In this document: one piece after another, positions 1 through 12,400 of the stretch
Numbering within the stretch: the stretch's first letter is position 1
Layout: each line of letters starts with the position of its first letter
From: Hydrolagus affinis
Taxonomy: Eukaryota
Direction: 5' to 3'
Assembly: GCA_012026655.1 (NCBI GenBank)
Contig: JAAILG010000173.1
Span: 1 to 64,000 of the forward strand
DNA: 64,000 nt
Notes under the pieces: generated by a model
Told to the model about the DNA's origin: nothing
Databases searched by the model: none
What the model saw: only the letters and a program-made list of their open reading frames with translations
Made by a program: the position numbers and the translations under genes

Positions 1-325
1 AGAGATAAAGAAGAGAGGGGATAGAGAGATAAAGAGGAGGGGGGGATAGAGAGGAGAGGGAATAGAGAGGGAGGGGATGGGGGATAGAAAGGAGGGGGAT
101 AGAGAGGGAGGTGAGGGGGGATAGAGAGGGAGGATAGGTAGAGGGAATAGAGAGATAGAGAGGAGGTGGGGGGATAGAGAGGAGGGGAGGGGGGGATAGG
201 GTGAGGGGAGTGGGGGATAGAGAGATAGAGATGGAGGGGGAGTAGAGAGAAAGAGAGGAGGGGGTTGGGGGTAGAGAGATAGAGAGGGGGTGGGTAGAGA
301 GAAAGAGAGGAGGTGGGGGGAGGAA
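1..325. repeat. Purine-rich low-complexity tract (GGGATAGAGAG(G/A)GAGG-like units)
   Basis: Almost no C on the + strand; degenerate ~20-30 bp units. Confidence 0.9.
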
Positions 326-578
326 GAAGCCCGTCCCGAGTCCGGAAATGCCTGGGCCCAGGTTGCGATATTTCGGTGCGGTGACTGTGCAGACCTGGCC
401 TGGAGCAGGTAAGATTGGCGTTTTTATTCCTGCAATTTTTGTCGCACTCCAGAACTCCGGACTTTTGGCTGCTCAACCTGTACACTGAAAATGTTAGAGC
501 TAGGAACCGCTAGGAACTAAACTGATGTTAGCGGGGAGGCTTGGGTCGGGGCGGCATTTTGGCTGCGGCCAAATACAG
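326..578. mobile_element. Probable right end of a Tc1/mariner-type non-autonomous element
   Basis: CpG-rich segment ending gcggccaaatacag|TA; left end not in window. Confidence 0.4.
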
Positions 579-583
579 TAATA

Positions 584-666
584 CAGTTAAACTCTCGCTT
601 AACAAAATTTTCGCTTAACGAAGAGTTTTAAAGTCCCTGACCCCTTCGTTAAGCGGGGTCTACCTG
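584..666. mobile_element. 83-bp TA-flanked MITE (Tc1/mariner-pogo type)
   Basis: TA|cagttaaactctcgcttaac ... gttaagcggggtctacctg|TA. Confidence 0.75.
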
Positions 667-2123
667 TATTTTTGTACATTTCAGAAAATAAAAAATTGTT
701 TAAGTAACCTATCGAATTCCCTTAATTTCAGGGTTGTTTGTAGTAATTTAATACCATGAAAGATGCAAAAAAAAACACCATTTGTGTTATTCAAATATTT
801 GGGGTTTATTGCACTTTTGTGTAAAATTGCTGCTGCCTGTCATAGTACTGGAGCTGAAATCAGTCCTGCAGTTTACATTTAACTTATACACACTTTAGCC
901 AATTTATAGGATTCCCACCAGAGTTTTTCCTCGTCTATTACTTGAAAGCTGTGATGGTACCATTTCAATACGAAATCAAATAATAATCTTCTTTTGAGTT
1001 CTCTTTTTTTTCCCCTGTCCCATAACACACATACAAAGTGAGATAGGCAAACTCAAGGTTTTAATTTCCAAATATGATAACAACAGCCCCATTCACATGG
1101 GTTAGTGTCTCCGAATGCTTAAATATGAGAACTTGGCAAATGTTTTCCAACTTTTGCTGTTTCATCTCTGGATTTCAATGATACAATGCGAACACAAAGC
1201 ACATTATTTTATGGGACAATATTGTATTGTTCAATATCTTCAATATAACTTTGAGGTAAGACATAAAGGGTCTTGCAAACAGACCACAGGAGGAAAACAT
1301 TCTTCATGTTAAAATTTGAGGATTACATTATAGTTTTGTATTTTTTTCATATATACAAACACACCAGATAATGTCTTAGAAAATTCATTTAGGTAGATGT
1401 AATTTATGATCATGTCGAACATTGTGGCTAAAAAGGTTGATCTGTTAATTACCAGCAGTGATTGCAGTGTTTCAATTCAGAAGTTTGTTTTTGCTAACTG
1501 GGGCTAAACTTGCAGGAGGGATCCCTGAGGTCATATAATTACGTAGCTGACTTTCGACCATTGATTATAGGATAGGGTTTGACAAGTTTGCAAACTTATT
1601 TGTTTTTCTCAAAACACAATTAGACTGGATCACTTTCTGACCTTTTGTAAATCTTTCATTGTAGTTTAGGAACAATAAAGTGTAGTTTATAGATTTTTAT
1701 TGCTTTTTAGTGAAAGTCAGTCAGTCTTAAAAAAATTTGAATATATTTCCCCATTATCCTTCGCACATGTGCCAGACCATGCCTCGCCACATTGCTAGTT
1801 TTTTGTATATGCGCTCATTGGATTGTATTGACCATTAAGTGGATATTCCAAAATACCAATCTTCACCAAATGTTTCAGGGGATTTTGTATCCCATTTCTT
1901 CTCTGACGCCAATCCCCCAATTTTCTCTTGTTCTTTTCCCAGAAAGAACGATCTAAAAAAAAACATGGGATTTTATTTTGTGCATTAATTAATCCCTTCA
2001 AAAATATTTGAAAAATAATGATTTGATCACTCAATTCTGTTTGTGACTGACTGTTTGTGTGGCACTGCTGTGAGCAATTTTCTGCAGCGTTTCAAGCACA
2101 ATATATAGCCAATTCATTTTATA

Positions 2124-2423
2124 CAGTAAAACCATGATAATCCAACATTCCGAAAGTCAGCAGCTCCCTAAATGTTTTTTCAAAATAAATACAGTATTGA
2201 TTTTTTCCGATGTCTGGCAAATCAGCCAAAGTTCAGACAACTGCTTGTAGTTCACGGTGGCTGTGCTCTGTCATCGCTTCAGTGTTGTGTTTACAGCACA
2301 CCTGGTGTATGCGGCTACGCTTCCCCAGTTCCCCATTTCTAGGTAGGTTTCTAAATATCAGTGAACTCCCGAAATGCGGGAAGTGCGTAGTCCCAAACTT
2401 GCCAGATTATCGAGGTTTTACTG
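2124..2423. mobile_element. Tigger/pogo-like MITE family B (second copy, inverted, at 63719-64000)
   Basis: TIRs cagtaaaaccatgataatcc / gccagattatcgaggttttactg; internal catttctaggtaggtttctaaata is reverse-complemented near 63785. Confidence 0.8.
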
Positions 2424-2528
2424 AAGTATATTGTAACATCTCAAATGTGTTTCATAAGGCACTATTTAAATGCAAGAAATATTTGGATTATTATTAAAAA
2501 TTGACTAATGGTCCTCATTTACATTATA

Positions 2529-2737
2529 CAGTAAAAGCCCATTTATCCAGCACCAGATCAACCGTAACTTCCGTTTAACCGGAATCTCAAAAAAGTCCGC
2601 ATTCAACTAACCGGAATTTATCTGGAAAAATGCATTGAAATTATTATGTTTGGGGGCATTTTCGGCCGAATATCTGGCATGCGCTTTAACCCGCATTGGC
2701 CAGGTCCTGAGGGTGCCGGATAAACGGGCTTTTACTG
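2529..2737. mobile_element. Tigger/pogo-like MITE family A, 209 bp
   Basis: TIR CAGTAAAAGCCC(G/A)TTTATCC(G/A)GCACC ... GGTGCCGGATAAACGGGCTTTTACTG; TA at left flank. Confidence 0.85.
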
Positions 2738-3325
2738 CATATCTATTGTCATTCTGCTTCTGCAATGTAATATGTGCCAACATGTCAAATGGTGTGTGAG
2801 AGACTTTCTAAAAGAAAAGGGACATGCTTAGAATCCAAAAGTCCAGTTATTTCTCCCCCCCCCACCACCTCCCCATTCTCTCCATTCTTTTTTTCAGCTT
2901 GTTACCTCATTACAAAGTGCATGTTTTACACACAAATCCATAGGTAGCTAATCTCTCTTTGCATTGCTGGTGTGAGTAATTCCATAGGATTGTTGAATAC
3001 CAGTTGTAAATCCTGAGTAGCTACTGTGTTTGTGCAGACACACAGGATAATGCATAGAAGATGTTTGGATCCTGAGAAAACTCTATCTCGAAATTGGACG
3101 AAATTGGAAAGAAATGCTTCCAAGTTTAATGAAGACATTATATTAATGGGACATCATGAAAGATAACTGCAACAAGCAGGAAAAGGCCTGGAGTAGTGCT
3201 GACTTGTAATTTGTTTACCAAATAAAATGTAGTGTAATATTTGTCTTGTTCTTTTATTTTGTTTTTAAAGGGTTTACATCTCAATGAAAGTAGCTCTTGT
3301 TCAACCTATTTGATTTTCTTTGCAG

Positions 3326-3454
3326 ATCCAATAACAAAATTAGTGAGATACACCCTGATCAGCTAAAACAGTTTCAGTCCTTGGAAACTCTGGATCTTAG
3401 TAACAATCACGTTTTGGAACTGAAAGCATTCCCTCATCTCCAACTTCGAAATTT
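3326..3454 (+). CDS. LRIG3: LRIG3 exon (~exon 4), LRR: [43 protein letters not shown]
   Basis: ttctttgcag| acceptor, |gtgagt donor, 129 bp, phase 2-2, LRR consensus. Confidence 0.93.
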
Positions 3455-6400
3455 GTGAGTTCTGCTTTTTAAAAAGTTTTTCTGGACTAATTTTTAAAGT
3501 GCTTCTTTACTGGAGAAAATCTTATTAAGCGTGTAGTGCTTTATTCAATGAGCAGGGCATGCGAGAATAAAAATATTAAAGATTTCAGAATTCAAAATGC
3601 AAAGCATCTTTGAAGAATTACTTAAAATTCTACCAGCTTTTGCAGCAGGACCTACTGATAATTCTCGTATATACTGTTCAATAGGCTGAATGCTAAATTA
3701 CAAATTTAAAATTCAATAACATGTATAGTACGTTTCATGTTGATTTCCTAATGTAGAGAATGTTTGGGGGTGGTGGGGGAATGGCAACAGCACTATTGAG
3801 CTGGTGAGAAGGCTGGAAGGTGGAGCTCCTGTAGCTCAGTGGTTAGAGCACTCACCTTACAAGCATGAGACCTGTGTTTCGAATCCAGGCAGATCAGGGC
3901 GAAACCTTGGGCAACTTTCCTTACTCCACCTGCCTAATAATAATCCCTCCAAAAAAAAAACAGTAATGAAATTGGTCATTTCAATCCACGACTGTTTGTG
4001 GGACACTGCTGTGCAAAATTGGCTGCCACGTTTCGCCCACAAATATACAGTCAGTTCACTTTACTATATGTGAAGCGCTTTGAGACGTCAGTAAGATGTG
4101 AAAAGCACTATATCAAATGCAAGGATTATTATTAAGGGCAGGCAATCCATAGGTGGGCAAAACCTGTGGAGCTGGCCAGTGAAGAGTGGTACAGTAGCAG
4201 AAGGATGTGTTCTGAAAACTACAGGTGGGGTGTGATCAAAAGGTTTCCCAAAAACGCAAGGAGGAGCCAAGCAAGGGAGGATTCAGTGCATGAGTGTAGA
4301 ATGTTAAAACACTGTTAAAACAATCACTGGGGCTGCATTTTGAGAGACAGGGTCAATCAGAACTACAAGTGAGCATTGTTCATAATGCATCTGGAGGCTT
4401 AGTATAAAAATGCATTAGTGTGATGGACAGCTATAGTAATATGTTTTGGTTTAATGCAGAGATGAAGCAGCTCTGTTAGATCAGTTGAATTTGATGTGCT
4501 TGTTTGTCCACTTAACAGGAAGTATGCTTTATGATTGAAATGGTGTCTCTGCTGCATTTTCAGAAGTGCCTAGACTACTAGATAGTTCAATAAGGAATTT
4601 GTGACCATGACATGGAAATATAGCTTTACTGTGCATTTTAAAAAAATCTTTCAGATACATCAACAGTAACAAAATAACATCATTCGAGCCTGGTGCCTTT
4701 GATAATCTGTCCAATACTCTTCAAATTCTGAAATTAAACCGGAACAAAATTTCAGCTATTCCTCCAAAGATGTTTAAGTTGTCAAATCTTCAACTCCTGT
4801 AAGTTCACTTTGCAATGATATTACTAAAACAATTCTGAAACATCTCAGTTGTGCTGGACCTTATGTACACTTTGATTTTAAATCTCAAAGCTGCTGTTTT
4901 TAGTCAGAGGTGTTAGTGTTAATCTATCAAAGAAGTCTGATTTTTATGCTTTGTTGTAGGGAACTCAATCGTAACAAGATTAAGAAAGTAGATGGCCTCA
5001 CATTTCAAGGACTTGGCTCTTTAAAATCTCTTAAAATGCAAAGAAATGGCATTAATAAACTGATGGATGGAGCTTTCTGGGGATTGAGCAACATTGAGAT
5101 TTTGTAAGTACTGTTTTAATGCTTCAATAAATTTATTTCTGGATAATTGACAGGTTTCTGAAACGGGTAGTATATGAAACAGATTTGTCAAATGGTCGAG
5201 TGGGCAACCATTGGCAGTTCAGTGTTTTAAGAAAGAAATACTAACTAAAAAGATTTCAAATTTGATTCTGTCGGCACCTTTATGACCTCATCACAGTCAG
5301 AGCAACATTTGGGGCACAACAGTTTATCTCAACAGCCCTGAACTAGAGAGCGAAAGGTTTCCCGATGGAAAGTGTGAATGTGGTGAGATTAGAATCGGGT
5401 TTGTCTGTAGTACTTCTTACTTATCAACACACTGTTTGGGCACACAGTGAAGAATGGCTGCTCAAATTATATAATGCTAACTGCATCCAAACAAGAACCA
5501 GCACCTCCAAGAGAGAAGGTGGATGCTGATGAGAAAGATTAGAATTACAACATTCCGAAAGTTACAGAAGTGTATTGTTAAGATTTTAAGCCAAAAGCTG
5601 TTTTTCTTACAGTACTTATAGCATAGTATGTAAAAAATGTAAGATGAGCTCACTGACTTCTAAGCCTTGCAGCTTTAGAAATTTATGCTCCCTTTACAAT
5701 ATTCAGTCACAGTTTCCTAGATCGCTTGATCACGATTTTAACTATAACGTTTCTAGGAACTGTTATACAAATATCAAGATGTTGTGAGTTGGTTTTTAAT
5801 TTTTTCTTCTAGACAACTAGATTTTAACAACCTAACAGAAGTAACCAAGGGATGGTTGTATGGATTGCTAATGTTGCAGCAACTAAACCTCAGCCAGAAT
5901 GCCATCAATAGGATCAGCCCAGATGCATGGGAGTTCTGCCAGAAGCTCAGTGAGCTGTAAGTAGCTTTTATTCTATTTCAGTTTATGCATTGACATCATG
6001 CCAAAACATTGGCATTTGTGTTGAGAGTTATTGTAACCAAGTGACCAAATCAAGTTTCTTATAAGACGTGACATGGCAGATTTCTGTTAAGATTTCAAGA
6101 TGACTTGTTCTTTTGTATAATGGGTGTTTTTCTTTTTCTCTTTCTTTTAATTTGACAGCTGCCAAGTCGCCTGATGGCATAGACTTACTGCCCTGTGATA
6201 TACTGGCATTTCAGTGAAAAATGTATAAATATTCGGTGGTCAAGTACAGTAAAAGTTTGTTTATCCAGCACGCTGAGGGGGGTGGGTCGACTAATTGACT
6301 GCCGGATAAAGGGCGTCAAGTTGCACACAAAAAATTAACTTATTTTAAAACATACTATATAAATAATATACCAAATAGTAACAGAATATTGTATGGCTAC

Positions 6401-9400
6401 TTACCAATAAAGATTCAGCACACTCGGTAAAAAGATCGGTAAAAAAAACCTAAGTTCGTAAGTTTAATAAGTGCGCATGTGCAAAGTGAGCATACTCGTG
6501 ATTGCTGGAATGGGGAATTGCCCCGAGAGGGGGTCGAGCATTCCGGTTGATCGGGTGCCGGATAAACGGGCTTTTACTGCACTAAGTACTTGTGCATATG
6601 TTTTCAACAACTGCATTAAAAAAAACTTGTCGTGGCCACTAGCTGAATGAACTGCACAGTAAAGGGATACCTTTTGAGTACTTACAATTGCAGTAATCAG
6701 ATAGAAGAGTCCCAATTACTTCATAAACCATAAGAACAAAACTTGCATCATCTTAGATGAGATGGTCCCAACTTTTTAATTGTGTGCAGATGTTTGTGCA
6801 ATATATATACCAGCAGTTGTGATGCATTGACTTACAACTAACTATGAAACATTTGGCAGTTGATTCCTGGGAAATATCACCCATTACTTTGGGATTCTAT
6901 TATTCGAGTCCTATTATTATGCCACGGCATTGTAACTCACATATTCATTGCATATTATTACTTGGAAATCATCATTTATGAGAACCTTTCAACGTATTGG
7001 CACTGAAAAATAAGAGTAAACCATTTTATAATGGAGATCTGCTTTAACATTGATATGTAATAAATTAATAGCCTGACCCTGGCTTAACCTGTTACTACCA
7101 ATGTCATCATCCCAGCTGCATTTATTTATAGAGAGAGCGAAAGATTGATCATACAATACATATATTGTTTCCTTGAAGGTAGATGCCTATGTGCCTCTTT
7201 GAGGAAAAGAATTATCAAGAACCAAATCTTAAGAGGCAGATTGACTTTGATCAGGTGCTCTCACCACATTATTCTTGGCGTAGTGTCATTATCATTATAA
7301 TAATTCTTGCACTTGACACATAGTCCCTTATAAAGTCAGTCTTCAAGTGCTTCACGTAGTTTGCTGTAAAGTGTATTAACTATTTGTGGGCAAATACAGC
7401 AGGTAAATTTACTCACAGCACTGACCTGCAAATTAACTGGAGGTTTGTTGTTCAGGACACCAGGAGATATTTCATGCTCTTTTTGAATAGTGTTGTGGGT
7501 TCTTTATTTCACCCAAACCAGCAGACAGGACCTCAGTTTAGCATCTCAAATGAAGGATAACAACAACAATAAAATTTACATTTGTTTAGTGCCTTTCACA
7601 CTGGGAGGATGTCCCAAAGCGCTGGACGGTCAGTGTTTCAGACCCAAGCATGGGTCAGGATCGGGAAGGGAACAGGGGTGATCGAAGGCATGGTTGAAGA
7701 GAAGGCTCTTGAGGACTTGAAGGAGGATAGGGTGGGGGCAAGGCAGAGTGATTGCAGGATGGAATTCCAAAGGTTGGGGGCAGAGTGGCTGAAGGCACAC
7801 CCACTGATGGTGGGGTGCATGGGTTGGGAAATATGGAATATGCCAGAGCCCATTGAGCGGAGGGAGTGGACAGCTTGGTAGGGGGTTAGGAGGCACAGTT
7901 AGGGTCAGGCAAGGCCATGGAGGGCTTCAGAGGTGAGGACCAGGATCTTGAATTGAATCTTCTGGGTGATGGGAAGCTAGTAGAGTCGAGCAAGAATGAG
8001 TGGGGATAGGGTCCCGGAGCCTGGTGCAGGAGAGCACATGGGCTGCAGAGTTCTGGGTGATCTTCAGCCTAAGGAGGCAGAAATTGGGGAGGCAGACAAA
8101 CAAGGCATTGCATAGTCAAGCCTGGACATGATGAAGCCATAAACAAAATTTTCAGTGGCCTGAGGGGTGAGTTGGGCAGTGATGCTAGTGTGACCCGAGC
8201 GGGTCATGGCATGGATGTGGGGAAGAAAGGACTTGATTGAACAAGACCCCTGGATTTCTGACTGGCTTGGTGAGTTGGAGTGTGCAACCATGGCGGTTGA
8301 TGCTGCCAGTGCCTGATGTGAAAGACGCTCTATAAATGTAGTTTTCTTGTTAAAGTACAGAGGCACTGCTGCAAGCCAATCAGGAGTTGATATTCAACTA
8401 TAGAAAGTTAGCTCTCATCCAGGACTTGATTTCCGACAGGACAGCAGTGGTTCTTGAATTGCAGGTGGAGCAGAAAGATAGTTGGATGTCATCTGCAATC
8501 ATATAGAAGTTGATCCCATGACTGCAGATGCCATCAAGGGGGAGCTGAAAAGGAGAGGGCCTAGTACAGAGGGGATGCCACATATGATTGTGAGGAGGCT
8601 GGAAGAAAAAACGTTAGTGGCAACAAAGTGGAGATGGTGGGAGAGGTAAGATTCGAACCAGGTAAGGGCAGGTAGAGAGGACAACGCCTCAAAAAGATGG
8701 AGCTCTCCCCAACGCTACCTTAGTTGTTGTACATCGTAATATAAATGGGCATTTCCATGGTAATGGGGTACATTGTGCAAGGCAAAATATTCATGCCATT
8801 TTCTGAGGAAAGGTAGATTTTTTTTTTCCCCAAGCATGAAAATCAGAGATAACACACTCTCAAGAGATAGCCCAGATAATTTTGCCTTAAAATGAGACAT
8901 GTTTTTTAAATGACAATAAATTAAAGATCATGTCCACCCTATCTAGAGACCTCTAAAATGTGACACGGCAAAGAAGGCTGCTTTTGAAACCTTTTTCAGA
9001 TCTTATTTTTAACTCACTATCATTAAATATAATGAGATCCATAAATCAACTGTTAAGACAGAAAGCTGATAAGTTTCTGTTTCATTCAAGAGCCTGATTA
9101 TATTTGTTTAGTCCCTTTAAAAAAATATGCGACATGCTCGTAACCCCGTCCGTCCAAGGAATCACGAGCGAGGAAAACGGGATTTCAGGATAAAAAAAAT
9201 TCTTTTTAAAAATCCTCTTTTGCTCTCACTTCATAACATTATGAAATAACTACTTCATGGTTTGATTTATTTTGGTAAGCTTGATGATTGCTTACTTCTC
9301 TGACATTTTTAAAATTCACTCAAGACTTTCCGTCCTCTAATGTCCACGTTCGTAATGTCTGTCCCCGTTCAAAGCGTTAAGTGCATGAGGTGTGACCTTT

Positions 9401-12400
9401 CAGAGGTGGTAAAAAATAATTCTGTTAAAAAAGTTATGTATTTCTTACAAGATACATACTGTATGGTCTCCAGGGCACTTATGTACAAAAAATGAGTGTT
9501 CAGCAATCAATTTGATTTTCTGACCTCTCTGTCACACACGTATACCCCTTCATCGTGGAAATGCCCAAATCAAAAGCTGTAAAGTTGTGCAATAATAATT
9601 GCATCTAGCACTGTCCAGTGGTCATACATCTGGAGGCAGCACTACATATACAACAACTTTTGATTTATATAGGAAGAATGCCACCCGATGCAACATTGTA
9701 AAATCATAAATTCAGCGTTTGTGTCCCACCCAACATATCCAGACACCTTTATGTATCAAATCAATTTGTGGAAAGCATGAAAACTGCTTTTCTTTGTTTC
9801 AAACTAGGATGGAGATGCACTCACAGGATCATGAAGTCTTTCTGGGTCACCTGTTCTCTTTACATGATAATGTGACTCACTGTGCAGCCTTGTTTTGAAG
9901 TTGGGTGGCCTTTATCTGATTGTTGTTAGTCTTTGATAAGCCATTGTCCTAGTTTGTTTAGGAGCAATCGGCAGATTTCATTTAATCTTGAAGATGACTG
10001 AACCTTGACTCTGAGCTGATTTATACATTTGTGTTTAGTGCTTCCACAAATTCTATTGCTACACCAACTATACACTATCACTTCATATAACCTCTGATTG
10101 AAAAGTTCAAAATGCAACTGAACACTGGAGATTCGCTTATTACATTTTGTGTGAATCAAATCTTTGAATTATTTATTGGTTTTTAGCTTTAAGACGTTTT
10201 TGTCTCTACATAGAGTCCTTCCCATACAGTTGTTTCTTGACCACAGATAGCTTTGTGGCTTCCTGTCTTGAACAAAATGATTTAGCTGATTCTCCCTATT
10301 TGTAATGGTTATAACCATGTCTGTTACTTATGAACTTTTACCCTGCCACCTGGCATGTGCACAGCTGTACCAATTAACAATTCAGAAATATTAAGGTTTC
10401 CGGAATCAAATTTCAAAGGCAACTCTCAAGGAAAATTACATTTCTTTCTGAACCAGATGCATTGTCTGCCAAGGGTTTCATTTCTCTGCCTCATTCTCCT
10501 ACTTAATGTTGGAGATCAAAATGATGCAAAATTATAATGAGGATGAAAAGTAATTGGATTTGAAGAAATGCAAGACTGACTATGTTGTATTTATTTTTAA
10601 AGGGACACCTGCAGTCCAGCGATTCTTTTTTGAATGGGGGACATCAGGCAGGTGAAAGAGGCAGCGGTACGATTTTAAAGTTGTGCAACTTTACTAGCTG
10701 CAAGCCAAAGCCCTAGACTCTACTAGTGGCAAACCGAAATACTGCATCTGTGCGACAATGTGGGTTATCAGCTAGTATTATCGGCTTGCCGCTAGTATGA
10801 CTTTGAAGTCATCCGTGCTCCGTTTTTTTCACCCACTTGGCGTGCTCCATTTTGGGAGGGTCGCTGGACTGTAAACCTCAACCGCAGCATCTACCAGCGG
10901 GGGTGGGGGGTGCAGGAGAGTAGTTTTGACGGTGGGTGCCAATGCAATATTCTGTTATGTTATTATTTATGCATTTACAAATGCTCCACTGCTATTATTC
11001 CGGTTTATCGAATGGGGGATTTTTTTTTTTGGCGTGCCGGTTATACGGAAGTGTTGGTGCATCGAGTCACGGATAAACGGGCTTCTATTGTAAATGGCTG
11101 TATTAAGCAAATATGAATTGATGCCTCAGAATATATTCATTCTAATTAAGCAGTATGCATTGTGGTTGTCGTCTTACAATAACCAAATGTGAAATAGATG
11201 CTGGATAGCATGTTTTTCTGCCCCCCTAATCTTCAAGTAGCTTCTTCTGAGGTATGGGATCATGGGAGTTGGCAACATTCCCCCAAATGACCAGTGATCA
11301 AACCTGCAATCTTCTGGTCAGTCTGTTCTAGATTGTGAGAGTCGGGACTTTGATCTTACAGTCCAGGCTGACACTTTATTGCGTAGTAAGGATGCATTAC
11401 ATTGTCGAAGTTTGGTTGAAATGCTGAACCGAGGTTGCCACATCCCTATTTTAAAAGTTTCTCCAGGTTGGTCTGGCCAACAGTCCTCCGAATAAATTGG
11501 TCATTCGCTTCTTTACTGTTTGAGGGATATTGCTGTATGCAAATTAGCAGTTGGGTTTGCTTTTGAGTGCACATTTACTGCACTTAAGTGTTTTCAGCTT
11601 TTTAAATGTTACAGACCCAATATAAATACATGATTGTGTTAGAATATTCAATTAGGTAGCTCCTGGGGTTTGTTTACACTTGAATTTCGATTATTTAAAT
11701 ACACCATATAAGAGCTGTTCTGGATTTCTTTTCCAATGTTGAATTTCTTTTTTGTTGACAGAGATCTTTCATTCAATGAGTTAAGTCGTTTGGAAGAATC
11801 TAGCTTTGTGGGTCTGAGCCTACTTGGACAGCTCTACATAGGAAACAACCAAGTGAACTACATTGCAGATGGTGCCTTTGGAGGACTTTCCAGCTTATAC
11901 AGTCTGTAAGTTTTTGCCTGTGAATGTTTCTATTGGGAAATTTTCAGTAGTGTATGGGTTGAACATAGACTTTATTTCCACCTACTTGTGCCAGGATGTT
12001 ACCTCATGCTTATAGAAATTGATATAGTCATGTCTGATGAATTTTGACCAAGAATCCCTAAGGCAATCAGCCATTAAGAATTACTTCCAAGATGAAACCC
12101 CTTTGCCAAGAAATATTCCTCATTTTAAAAAAATTGGTTCAGCTAAATTGCCATTGTTCAATATGGTGAACATGTGTGGAATGCTAGAGATTCTAGCTCA
12201 ATTTCCATATAAACATTCAACATACAGTACATACCTTTAAATTATTTTCTTTTTTCCAAGAGCAATTGTTGTCTTTGGGTTCAATCTATAGCCGCAGTGA
12301 AATAAAAAGTCTTTTGCTCATTAGAATCATTATTTAATTTGCGTGGGTAGCTTCATTTAGTCTGTTTTTCCATCTGTATCACTTGTGTGGGGATTGGATT

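Noticed and set aside
1-3325. Search for LRIG3 exons 1-3 or the promoter
   Set aside because: No signal-peptide or LRR exon with splice sites found. The CpG-rich patch at 326-578 looks like a transposon end rather than a promoter.
3822-3895. tRNA-like sequence (A and B boxes; 5' part resembles tRNA-Thr)
   Set aside because: No proper acceptor stem, and it runs directly into a SINE body repeated many times in the window. It is a SINE head, not a tRNA gene.
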